A stretch of DNA of 64,000 bases, taken from the NCBI GenBank assembly GCA_040954595.2, contig CM082581.2:2720699-2784698 (forward strand). The letters are read 5' to 3'. This document shows, one piece after another, positions 25,563 to 35,420 of the stretch. How positions within the stretch are numbered: the stretch's first letter is position 1; each line of letters starts with the position of its first letter. The position numbers were made by a program, and so were the translations under genes. A model generated the notes under the pieces. The model had not been told where the DNA came from, did not search any database, and saw nothing but the letters and a program-made list of their open reading frames with translations. The stretch comes from Balanoglossus misakiensis (taxonomy: Eukaryota; Animalia; Hemichordata).

Positions 25563-27079
25563 CAACTGGCGAAACAGGTGGTGTCAGGCCTAACAGGTGG
25601 CGGAGTTTCAAAATGGTGATTTGGCCTTCCACCTGCACTAGGAGAATTCGGAAGGCGAAACAAAAGGACAAACACGAGGAGAGAAGTTTTGGTGGCCCGT
25701 AGTGCATAAAAAACTGCACTGCAAAACAAAACCGAAATGACCGGCGGCATACAAGGGGGAATACTAACCTGGGTAACACTGCTGCTGACGCTTGTTGCCT
25801 CTCCACTTGCTGGTGTTGGTGCAGGCTTAGGCGCTGCTGCGGCATTTTGCTGGGGTGTGGCACCACTAGGACCGGGTCTTGGCTGGGGAACGGAAAGTTC
25901 TGCGGAGTCCTGGTGTGAGTCCACAAAAGCTCGGGCTGCGGGACCAGTATGAGCCATGGTTCGTGCTATCGTGCCTATTGCAAGGGAGGGACAGACTGTA
26001 CGTTGCTCGTTGCTTTTATACTTCGGCTCATTTGCATATGGCGGATGGATATCGCTCTGTGCTGCGGTTTTGAATAATAGACAGGCTTACCATGGAAGGT
26101 CCTTTGTGGGAAACCATGTTCACAAGTGTTTGCAAGTAAGTTTCTTAGTGATAACATGATCTTACCTTGTAGAGTGAATGATGACAGACTGGACAGCTAG
26201 TTACCCTTTTCCAAGGCACCATAATATTAAAGTATAATAACAATCTGGTATTTGAGAATGAGAATGAGAATATACACATTAATGTATGTACATGGTAATG
26301 GAAATATAATATTATATTATTGATTATATGCTGATTTAAGTTTTGGGCAATTATATCTTCTGAAATGATACTAAATAAACATATTATCTATCTACCTAGG
26401 ATACCAATATCAACAAGTTGACTGATTCTATTCTGTGTGAAGTAGAAACAGTTTGTCCCAGTTTGGCTGCAGAAGCCCGTGCTGTATGTTTCAAATTTAA
26501 CAGGCTATTCAAGTTACTTGCCAGGTGCCACAGTGGTTACAGCAAAGCTGAGAGTATGGAAGCTGCTGAGATTGATGAATTAGGTAGGTAAAGTACAAAT
26601 CAACACTCACCTTATTACCACATCCAAACTGGACCCCAGTTCCGAGAGAGTGTGACGTAGAACAGGGGGTATATGGATTTTTGATCTGTCCTGTCCTATG
26701 TCACACACTATGTCACTAATTTCTATGTAATGTATTTGTTCACCTTACAGAAACAAATATTGACAGCTTGATGGCATATTACAGAGAATATTTTCCCAAT
26801 TCAAGGATTTCCCCCAAACTACATATTTTGGAGGACCACACCACACAATTTATAAGATCTTGGGGATTTGGATGCGGCTTCCATGGAGAACAAGGTGGCG
26901 AGAGTGTGCATGCCCACATGAATAATATAAAATCAAATATCAGAGGACTCAAGGACCCTTTACAAATCGCCAAATCCATGCTGAAAGAGCACTGGGTACA
27001 GGTATCACCAACAACACTCCAACACAAACCACCAGTAAAAAAGAGAAAGTCTAGCGCATCTATGACTAGTGTTACATAG
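16089..27079 (+). CDS. Chapaev/RAG1-like transposase with RING finger, 9 exons, ~965 aa, exon 7 interrupted by a retrotransposon
   Basis: GT-AG exons 16089-17048, 17261-17541, 17680-17886, 18326-18568, 18719-18998, 19172-19426, 19580-19680+26078-26135, 26400-26583 and 26751-27079 join in frame (2898 nt). Motifs: LCRICG, DVHPSNLCFLC, WVGHPRVGSCSIC, RING CSVC..CEHVFCSEC..CPCC, catalytic D (KIGGDKGG), D (FGDYEYLCRMYGLSGPSGRHFCLWC), PSLHLDLG, PKLHILEDH, E (GEQGGESVH). Confidence 0.9.
20400..21683 (-). CDS. Tyrosine recombinase with N-terminal CxxC..CxxC zinc ribbon
   Basis: Catalytic set R (SGDRAHDL), K (FGKT), HxxR (PHGCR), H/W (HVGW), Y (AQYY). CWMC..CHNC begins right after a TTTTCCCCGCTTAG acceptor-like site. 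Confidence 0.92.
   Translation of the reverse strand, partial: DCWMCGLDNHHENYCHNCGTKTHYSRQREHAQGSLPTGFNLPEIDQRMQVILGDRSQHEIQKDRLVQQLESFLFKLDSKKSIWSATPQDITRFLIFKDKDAKTQVHEVNCAHLGSSGLQQCACPKRLRANTVRNMVSKLKTFYQSQAVVAGKATPNPLESIIIERYIKKTSEEQARALLTPKQAKPLFLDKMRLIYRHIIDKMKSPQTAQQLYILARDMAFFKLLAFSGDRAHDLGHVKTQEILRLPDNSGLLFNHTFGKTLRGAGSNLFAVKRCQDTLMCPINTLEAYLELASSLDIDLTTGYLFRPTNSQGVPEQKPFSSQLAYHRLKTYLLDVGIDAGETPHGCRSACAISLAMAGTDIKTLMSHVGWRAEETAQYYMQLGKVISWGSPASTLSELANDEKQNTKRYENLNELIGFSKAFVEKK
21833..24007 (-). CDS. Reverse transcriptase - RNase H - Dam-like adenine methyltransferase (DIRS pol)
   Basis: ORF 21833-23860 stays open upstream to a CCTTTTCAG acceptor at ~24008. RT: PRMCIDMRFLN, DDKSGYDH, LPFGW, YIDD. 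RNase H: YTDASS, HSDS, NPADQPSR. Methyltransferase: IDAMA, YVYPPFS. Confidence 0.92.
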   Translation of the reverse strand, partial: FTPYAWETGPEELPVARKSYTWVSLEGAPRQEPRRPVINVDEVAKSNKKVSPALLSFRNPHEFVAGEVHKHKEVWNRLSTAAENPAQVMHWICDKVNVSQYFKHFRGTFKGCQYDGPSPPAKIFANNPSCQNFVGFISKTIHDRLQTGAISVFGEVGRDPPPHIVMPITVEPKKPRMCIDMRFLNLWIRDMPFKLDKLIDVSRYMKKGEYHFKCDDKSGYDHVLIREYDRRYFGFQWGGRWYVNNSLPFGWKLSAYIYHTLGYAITSYARMLGVPCLQYIDDRHGGPLRLPATANTVGRQHSSWSDLELAEAAAFILLAMCIDAGYFIALEKSILHPVRSLIMLGMTVDTEIQAFIIPEQKVARFLETAELVLSKPTIPVTLLQKVMGKCISFALAIPCARLYIRQMAHAISKMQVSAQNLVRIKGPLREEVQFWLQIVRNAPPFRWPRESHNVIHVYTDASSFKWAAILQPNSQQRQVVSDSWETEWMPRPIAEKEAEALARALVAFKSELADARVDIHSDSAILVHAWNGGFPGSKSVRLNELLKKIFNLCFESNIRLRIVHVRSHENPADQPSRHLSLSEATLSDEAWKKIDRQFGPHTIDAMANKSNAKLSKFISAFPQPENTGVNFFNYKFAPDENLYVYPPFSLVHAVVNHIVQNALKATVLVPRSHYPPFWPSIQRAARSFNKFASRGEVGVVLGPTRSGYHPYKLQCDLFVATFAP
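24651..25166 (-). CDS. Gag-like protein with C-terminal CCHC zinc knuckle (probably the 3' exon of a spliced ORF starting at ATG 25957)
   Basis: CFVCGEKGHVARAC knuckle. TTTATTGCAG acceptor-like site near 25122; upstream Pro/Ala-rich ORF 25957-25769 ends at a CAG|GTTAGT donor. Confidence 0.8.
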   Translation of the reverse strand: MVMGREVIVCVRLLQKGELENLKKQVKKLQELTETASVDDALEKVMHLAHTPSLTSRSQLIAALRALVDRATVAAHPKLHRFRAVLAQFESNDFGQEAGRLIVLLLGNKEEEEIASKVSKFMRDSGHGGYRRPRAQFERFRPYERRNKDELVKCFVCGEKGHVARACPNRK

Positions 27080-27350
27080 AACTGGTGTACGAAAAATTAA
27101 TTGTAGTTCCTCACATAATACTTACCTTGCTGTCTCCGAGAGAAAGTCTACTAGTGCATCTATGACTAAGTGTTGCTTAATTAGAACTGGTGTACGAAAA
27201 ATTAATTGTAGTTCCTCACATAATACTTACCTTGCTGTCTCCGAGAGAAAGTCTACTAGTGCATCTATGACTAAGTGTTGCATAATTAGAACTGTTGTAT
27301 GAAAAATTAATTGTAGTTCCTCATGGCAATACTGTACTTACCTTGATGTG
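27044..27350. repeat. ~105-bp tandem repeat, ~3 copies, overlapping the transposase stop codon
   Basis: AGAACTG(G/T)TGTA recurs at 27078, 27183 and 27288. Confidence 0.85.
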
Positions 27351-28534
27351 TCCGTGGACTCAGGACTCCGTGAATATCTGCAAAGCAAAAGGAAGTATTA
27401 AAATAATATGTAATATAGTGTGTAATATACTGTAGTATGTGAAAGGAATAAACAAATTGTGATACCGTACCACATATGTGATAAACTGTACATTTGTAGT
27501 TTGTCTTTCTTTAACTTTGTTTAGCTTTTTGTATACCTGTTAAATTAAAATATTACACAAGGTTGCACAGTTAAAAGTTCATGTGTTTGCTTTTAATTTT
27601 ACAACTGTCAATTAACCTACCTTAGTACCATCAGATACACAAGATCTAAATAAATGACTGCATCCATCATCAGCATGGAATATTGAGATACATCCACATG
27701 TATGATTAGTGATTACACCATCATGAACATTTGAAAAAAACTGTGTTCTGAATGATAAAAAAAACAATAATTCGTTCAAGTCTAAAAATAAACAGTAGAA
27801 ATGTAGAAATACAGTTTTACTCGACCCTTCACGACTGGTTTACGATTGAACGGGCAATTACATCCTTTGCCAAAACGTTTACGTTTGTTGTGTTGATCAA
27901 ACAATCGAAGGTCAAAATCACTTCCGGTTTATGCGTTAACGATCAGCCATTAAGCATGTTGCGTGATGAACGTAAACATTGTGACCCGTAGTACTTTTCT
28001 GGGGCTTTTCCTCCATTGCGACTTCATTTAATAACATCTATTTTTATCCCTTGTACATTTTAACTCCCCCAAAAGACCAGACATAAGATCTGACATTGTA
28101 TTTGACGTTCAAACCTACCTATTTTATCGTGTACTTTGATGGAATGTCCTCCGTCTGCAAAAAATTAGCCGCACATGTTGTCTGGTCCAGTAGTAGCGAC
28201 AGCTTACGTACTTTTAAATTTGATACCATTCTCATCGGGAAAAACTCAAGAAAATTGTATAATCTATGAATGAATTATCGATTTTCGTAAAATTCAAAAA
28301 AAATACCGTAGCCGTGTTTTCGGCGGTAAAAGACCAAATAAAACGGTTTAATCTTCCGGTTTTCGCTGTTAAGATTCCACGAGACGTGATCGGATCTAAT
28401 TATTAATTCATATAACCCTAACCCCGAGAGAAACGTGAGTTTTTATTGGCTAAATTGAAGGGGGTCACCGTTGCTAACGTTCGTTGCTAGCCTAATTAGC
28501 ATATGATCTCAGGGAAATTCTTGTTCCGTCATAC

Positions 28535-28572
28535 GCATGCGCACAACTCAGTTGACGCATAGAACATACGTG
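28535..28572 (-). repeat. Right bipartite TIR: CACGTATGTT - 5 bp - CGTCAACTGAGTT-nnn-CGCATGC
   Basis: Read on the minus strand: box1 28572-28563, spacer CTATG 28562-28558, box2 28557-28545, CGCATGC 28541-28535. Confidence 0.9.
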
Positions 28573-29952
28573 ATTTGTGATTGGCTGTATCTCAATTTGC
28601 CATGGTAACTGTAGCTAAATTTGCATAGGTTACCGTATACCTTTAAGGCACGTCAAGCGTATGTCCTTGTTGGGCTGTCTGACAGGAACGAATCGAGACC
28701 CACCGCACAGTCACGCAATAATGAAATCCACATCGCCAAAAACGATGTTTCACTAGACTCGGGTACATGCAACTATCTCATGGCATTTACAGAATTGAAC
28801 ACCCCAGGCAATGTTACGTGTTGCTCCATGACTGTTGCTCCATGACCAACCAAACAGCAAACAACAAACTCATGTCCAAACCAATGACGGTCGCAACTCA
28901 TTGCATTAAACAATATAGATGGGGATCCCAAAGAATAATTCAAATATATTTGCAGAATTGCCACGCAAGTCGAGCATATTGTCCAAATTTAAGCACTCTG
29001 CAACTGAAACATAAAACCCAAGCTTTTTACAATACAGGAATTAAAAATTCTGATTGAATTAATGCCAACATAAAACGAAAAAAGACAACTCACAAAATGT
29101 ATATGTAGTGTTTCATGTAGTGTTTTGATCTCAAGAAGACATGAAAAAATCGTCGGGGGAAAAGCAGGTGAGAACATCACCTCATTTTTGGGATATGAAA
29201 TAAAAGTCTATTTTACGGAGACACCTGGTAAAAAGTCCACCCTAGTCTCAATTTTCCAGACCCCTCTGGGATAGTCGAGTAGTCCATCCCCATGAAACTG
29301 CATATTTTAAAATAGCCAAAATGAGTCAATGGGGCATTTTTTCATCCTACCTCAACCTTGCTAAGAGTTTCCGTGCCAGTCACCTGCAAAAATTAAATTT
29401 ACCACGGACAAATTGAAATACAGCCAATCGAAAAAAGTGCGCCACCACATGGTCATTTGAAGACTTTGATGCTCTCTTCTGGCCGTAACCGCATGTGATC
29501 CGGAATAAAATTGAGCCTTGATCGCGTTTTTTATTTTATTTTCACCACCAACGAAAATCTACGACGGCCCAACCGCAGATTATTGCTGCTCCATACAACA
29601 ACCAGCTTATACTGTACATAAGTTTTGTGTTCTGGTGGCATTTGCGGGTCTGAGACGTCATTTCTAGAAGGCCCTATTCGTTTTATACCAATAACTTTTA
29701 CCACCCATGCTGGATTTTTTACGTTTTCTTTGACGACGCTTGACCCTTTTCTTGCTTTGTTGTAGTCTTGGTTACCCAGATGCCTTTGCAAAGGCGAATG
29801 GGTAACAGAGACCAGCTTTGTTGTTGGTAGTTTGTTTGTTCGTAACGTCTGTAACTGGGATTCTTCACTTGTGGAATATACTGCTTATTTCTTGTGTATC
29901 TGCATTTTGTTGATGCTGTCGCTCCTCTGGCAGTGAAGCAAGGGTGCTAGCT

Positions 29953-30208
29953 GGGACTGTTCGGGATTTACTTCCGGGGGGCGGAGGATTTTCAGGAGGG
30001 ACCGCCCATTTTCTCCAAGAACAATTTAGGGAGGAATAGACATAAAAATCACAATCCTTTGGGGGGACCATGGAAAAACCCCAGGAAATTTAAGGGGTAC
30101 AACAGATTTCCTCCACAATTTACTGGGGGTACGTCCATGGAAAAAACAATCACCAGGAAAATAAAAAATCCTCCGGCCCCACCCTGGAAGTAAAATCTGA
30201 ACAGTCCC
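29953..30208. mobile_element. Small MITE (PIF/Harbinger-like GGG..CCC ends); related G-run ends at ~32260-32430 and ~58390-58560
   Basis: GGGACTGTTC..TTTACTTCC(G/A)GGG inverted repeats at both ends. The superfamily is inferred. Confidence 0.55.
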
Positions 30209-31181
30209 TAACTTTTGTTTGTTTGTTTGCTTGTTTATTTGTCTGTCTGTTTGTGTATTCTATATTATGTTATATGAAGCTTCTGCTACATTTTGCATTT
30301 CCTTTTGCATAAACAATGACCAAACCGACTGGAGCGCGTTTGGGCGCAGGATAGATTTAAGAGTTAATCCATCTGTGTTTACCGGCTAAAACCAGTGAGA
30401 CCGTAGTAGTAATCCAAAGGCCAGTCAGTGCATGTTTGCATGACTGGCGTATAGTGATACCTACCACAAAATGGTATCGCCCAAATAATGTTTGCCGGAA
30501 TTTATAAGCCTGGCGCTCTCCTAACAAGTCGTCATGTTCGCCCTCGTAGTCATGCTGCCAGTCGGGGAAAATGACGTACTTCATGTAAAAGTTTATAAAA
30601 AAATAAACCAAATTTCACTGCCATGTATCCCAAAACAATTTATGTGACAAATTTTTAAAAAGAACACTAACTTCGGCTAAGGAATGTCAAGTCATAGCTC
30701 CGCGTTCAGGTCTGTGTGTTCCCGACGCACCACAGCCCTGCATAAGGCCCCATAGACAAAACTGGTGCGCCTGCGGTCCGGACCCGGACGCCCGACCGCA
30801 GCTTTTTCTGTCGAAATTCGATTTTATCGAAGCAAAATCCTTTCCCTTATTACTTCAATATGATGCGTTTAACTTCTTCTAACGTCCGTGTAACGCCGGG
30901 AACACACAGACCTGCACGCAGAGCTAGTCAAATCAGTGCACTGTGCAGTCGGTCGGTACACTCTGCTGGTGTATACAAACGATCGTGGCGACAGAATCTC
31001 TCCCTGGGACGGCCTTACACAAATTTAATCGATTGTCTAACAATTTTACTGCGACTTGTTGCCACGTCTTATACATTTCGTTGACCAGTGGAATATAGAG
31101 GTTCAGTCGTCACGCTGAACTGGCTCGAAACCATTCCCCACGCTGATTCGACTCTCGCGCCCGGGATATATGTCTGTGGTA

Positions 31182-32062
31182 GCTCCATGGTAACAACCGC
31201 AAGGGGCCAGGTCATGTGATTGTGGGTTGCCTATCATTTGCTATAAGGCGCCTTCTGATTGGTTTATATTCCCAGTAAATCTCGTAGAGTTCAGCGGGAT
31301 CTCCATTGAGAGTTGGTCAGATGTAGTGTGAGGCGACAGCATAAAAAAACAAGTCGCCGTTCCCTACATCTGATTTTAATCAGATTGTGTTGGCTCCATG
31401 GTAACAACCCAAGGGGCTAGGTCATGTGATTGTGGGATGCCTATCGTTTGCTATAAGGCGCCTTCTGATTGGTTTATTCGCCCAGTAAATCCCGTCGATT
31501 TCAACGGGAGCTCCAGTGAGAGTTGGTCAGATGTAGTGTGAGGCGACAGCATAAAAAAACCACGTCGCCGTTCCCTACATCTGATTTTAATCAGATTGGG
31601 GACACCCCCTCCCGAACCCACCCCCTTCATTCTTCGCCACATTTCATTTATTGGCTGGTTTGTCTAGTGTACCAGGGCAGACTACTTGCCACCCCACCCC
31701 ACCGATGCTTACTTTGAGTGGAGTGTCAACATTAAAATTTGTCCTCGCCAACATTGAGTTAATATGCCTTTGAGTTCGTTAAAATGCAACTTTGATCACC
31801 GTATTTTACAAAAAAAATTCTTATGTGGGAGGGGGACACCCCCTCCATTCTTCACCACATTGCATTTATTCGCTGGTTTGTCTAGTGTACCAGGGCACGC
31901 TTCTTGCCACCCCATCCCCGATGCTTACTTTGAGTGGAGTGGCAAAATTAAAAAAAATTTCCTCCCTAACATTGAGTTAATTTGCTTTTGAGTTCATTAA
32001 AATGCAACTTTGAGCACCGTATTTTACAAAATTTTCTTATGTGGGAGGGGGACACCCCCTCC
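31182..32062. repeat. Two local tandem duplications (~210 bp: 31182-31386/31393-31597; ~225 bp: ~31600-31830/31830-32060)
   Basis: GCTCCATGGTAACAACC..CTACATCTGATTTTAATCAGATT occurs twice; GCTGGTTTGTCTAGTGTACCAGGGCA..AAATGCAACTTTGA occurs twice. Confidence 0.8.
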
Positions 32063-35002
32063 CACGCCCAACCCCGACACTTTTCTTGTTTTACCAATCC
32101 TACCAACTATTGTATTGACTTGTCATTTTAATTTATTCATAGATTTCTTTATTGCAACGATATACCATTATATACTTCAATTACTTTAAGAAAATTATAA
32201 TTGACGTGTTGAGGAGCCTCATTCCCTTTATTGCATACAGTGTACATAGGATCATGACGGCGAATGTTTTCGGAGAGGGGGGGGGTCATCATATTGTTAG
32301 GCCTGTCAAGGGGGGGGGGGTCGTCGTTTTTTTGGTCCTGGGTGAAGGGGGGGGGTTGGCCTGATTTTGAAAACCGATGACACAAACTTGCCAACCTCCC
32401 CCCCCCCAGCCGTAAAAACTGAACGGTCCCTTATTGGATTGGTTACAAAATTGCTGTACGAGCTTTCTATGATTTGACCGCCGAAACCGCGATCAGCGAA
32501 TTGCGTTGTGCTATACGATTCGAGGATAGTCATTCTGAGTAATTGAATTCAATTAGCCTTACATTCCATGCCTGCCTAGCTGCAATAATTGTAGCCTTGT
32601 TGGGCTGGTTGGGTGGCTGGATGGCCCACCATCTACCCACCCAACTAGGCCACCAATGCTTCAATTATTGCATATAATGCCAACCTAGGCCTACTTGATT
32701 GGTGATGTGCGACAAGCATGCTAATAATATATTGCGCTGCACATAGGGTAAGGCTTGCATGCCCAGAGACAGAGTAAAATTTTAACGTTAAACAATATAA
32801 ACAATAAAATGTTTTTTTCACCAAAAAATTAATTTTCCGGTCAGTAGCTGACTTGTTGGAACGTAGGGACAGTATGACAGGTCATACATCTGCCGCCATA
32901 TCACGTAAAAACATCGGTGTAACATGGCCAGAAATAGTACATCGTTGTGATTGGTTGGGATCCTGTTTTGGCGTGCTTCATTGACGCATCCATGAATAGA
33001 TTTTTGTTTGTGTTTGATAGAAAAAAAATGCCCGACCGGGTTGCACAGTTAAGTGGTTTTGGCTACTGACGGGCACTGGGTAGATATATAGAAACCATGT
33101 ATAGAGACAACCATGCATTTTTTTCCGAAATTGTGATTGATACTTAGAACTTCGAAAATCTATACGATTTAACTAAATGCATTTTCTGGTAAAGGTGAAG
33201 TCTGTCAGAACATGATATACAGTTTTTAAAGAGCAGATTACGAATAAAAATTTAAATGCAACTGAGAACCACGTGATTCTTGTCGTAGATTGTCGCATCA
33301 TACAGCCAGGTCTGTTGTGACTTCACAAATGACACGTCGAAATTTCGTGTGGCAAACGGTATTCGCCATCAACAAAAAGGTACCGGGAAAGTTTCGACTG
33401 GCATGCCGGAATTCTGCATCATGTACACCGGCAGGTTTTTTTTGAGATGACAAAGGCGGTTTTTCACAACTTTGCCTTGTCACGTTTATCATGGTAATGC
33501 ACGACGGCCAAATGTCGGACTTGTGTCGGGCAGATTTTGCAGTCCCGACAAAACATATTTCTACAGAGCAGGCTTCGATGGCATACCGCTGTTATCAAAA
33601 TCCATTATTCGACTATGTTCCCAATACCAAGATCGGCTATTCTCGACAGCGACTTTCTCCAGGGAATACCAACTCCGCCGTATGATCTACAAATCAGAAT
33701 GCCAGTGCCGTTTTCATTGACGATGGCATGGAAAAGCTTATGAATATTGGTGAGAATTAGTAGTTCGTTGTTACACAATCAATGTTATTGTAACAGCCGA
33801 CTTTAACGCCACAGCAATACATGAAGCGATGTGGACGCTCGAAAAGAGAGACAAAAGTTCTGTTCTCCTGGTCTCTGCTCTGCTCTCACTAGAGAATGTA
33901 ATTTCATAAAGACAGTACTGAATAAAAGAGATTAAATGCACCAAAAAGTTGAATTTCCTTAATGATATTTTATTTCTGAGATTTGCACATTTTTACTTTT
34001 TCAGGGGTGCAGGAAGCAATTTCTTGTACGGGGACAAAGTTACATATTTTCTGGACACAATTGATTTATGATAAAAATTGAATAGCTGAATAAATTGATT
34101 AATGATTAAATGCAAATAATAAAATGAGAGAAATAGCAAGAAATAAAGTGAACAAATATTATTGTAAAAGCTCCAGTATCTGTTATGATTGACAATTTTC
34201 TCAGTATTGTTCCAAAAATTGAATTCGACTGTGTATTCATTTCACACACATTGCTACAAATGTACTTTCTTCGATCAGCGACTTTCGTTAAAGATTAGTT
34301 TGATTGGCGTCAAATTACTGATACATGAAGCCTCCCAGCCAATTACACTGTATGTTCCAAAAACAACAACATGTGCGCTTCTATTATGTTTGATTTTTAT
34401 ACTTTCAGTTATTCACAGTGATTGCGCCATTCTTTAAATCCATATCCCCATTGGTGTAAAATATGATCATTGGCGGGGGTGGGGGAGGGGGTAAGAGGGG
34501 ATTTTGTGCATGGTGGGGGGGGGGGGTTAAGTATGGTTTTACCCTGCCCCCGAAACTTAGTTAGGGGCGGAGATACACTCCCGGTTTCAAAGCCAATATG
34601 GGGGGGGGGGGGGGTTGTAATTGCTATTACCGGTATATCAACTCGATTTCATAACCTTTTTAAAGATTAAATTTGATAAGAATGGGATGCATTCAATTCT
34701 GGAGAATGTTGTTTGCAACCAATCTCTGTATCAACTTAAATTTAAAGTAAATAAGAATTAAAGTAGCGACGACAAATAAGATGACGAACATGTTTTGGTC
34801 TTTCATTCCAAATAGACTCATCACAGGCATCAGAAAATTTAAACCTTTGGAGTTTCACTCTTTCTTCTGACATTTTGCTTGCTCTTGATGAAAAAAGAGA
34901 GGTTTTCTTGGCATTACTCGATCTTTCCGCAGCATTTGATACTGTGAACCATACCATTTTATATGGAAAGCCATGACTGTCTTATGATGTGTGACAACTT
35001 TA

Positions 35003-35420
35003 TGTGGTGAGGTTATTACTTGACGTGATGGGGAAATGCAACGACGTGGGGAGGTTATTGCTTTACGTGATGAGGACATGCAACGACGTGGGGAGGTTAT
35101 TTCTTGACGGGATGGGGAAATGCAACGACGTGGGGAGGTTATTATTTTGGCGTGATGGGGACATGCAACGACGTGGGGAGGTTAATTCTTGACGTGATGG
35201 GGACATGCAACGACGTGGGGAGGTTATTTCTTGACGGGATGGGGAAATGCAACGACGTGGGGAGGTTAATTCTTGACGTGATGGGGACATGCAACGACGT
35301 GGGGAGGTTATTTCTTGACGTGATGGGGAAATGCAACGATGTGGTGAGGTTATTTCTTGACGTGATGAGGACATGCAACGACGTGGGGAGGTTATTGCTT
35401 TACGTGATGAGGACATGCCA
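35003..35420 (+). repeat. Left subterminal 42-bp minisatellite (~10 copies)
   Basis: Unit GTGGGGAGGTTATTTCTTGACGTGATGGGGAAATGCAACGAC. Confidence 0.92.

Larger units (their letters stand above)
19681..26077 (-). mobile_element. PAT/DIRS-group tyrosine-recombinase retrotransposon with split direct repeats
   Basis: Repeat A (105 bp) at 25973-26077 and 19899-20003; repeat B (82 bp) at 20004-20085 and 19681-19762. Sense order is A1-ORFs-B1-A2-(136 bp)-B2. Contains gag, RT-RNaseH-methyltransferase and YR ORFs; no TSD. Confidence 0.93.
15447..28572 (+). mobile_element. Chapaev-type (RAG1/Transib-related) DNA transposon, full length
   Basis: Ends CACGTATGTT (15447-15456) and AACATACGTG (28563-28572). 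TSD ATTT (15443-15446, 28573-28576), with boundaries confirmed by the empty site in duplication copy 1 (~13866-13890). CAC..GTG ends, a 4-bp TSD and a RAG1-like N-terminus fit Chapaev rather than Transib/ProtoRAG (5-bp TSD). Confidence 0.9.

Noticed and set aside
16089-27079. Calling this a true RAG1/ProtoRAG locus
   Set aside because: The TSD is 4 bp, core motifs are Chapaev-like (GGDKGG, GDYEYL, EQGGES) rather than RAG1 (CDGMGD, GYDEK, EGNES), and no RAG2-like gene is visible.
27080-28530. RAG2-like gene
   Set aside because: Only ~1.45 kb is available, with no kelch repeats or PHD finger in any frame.
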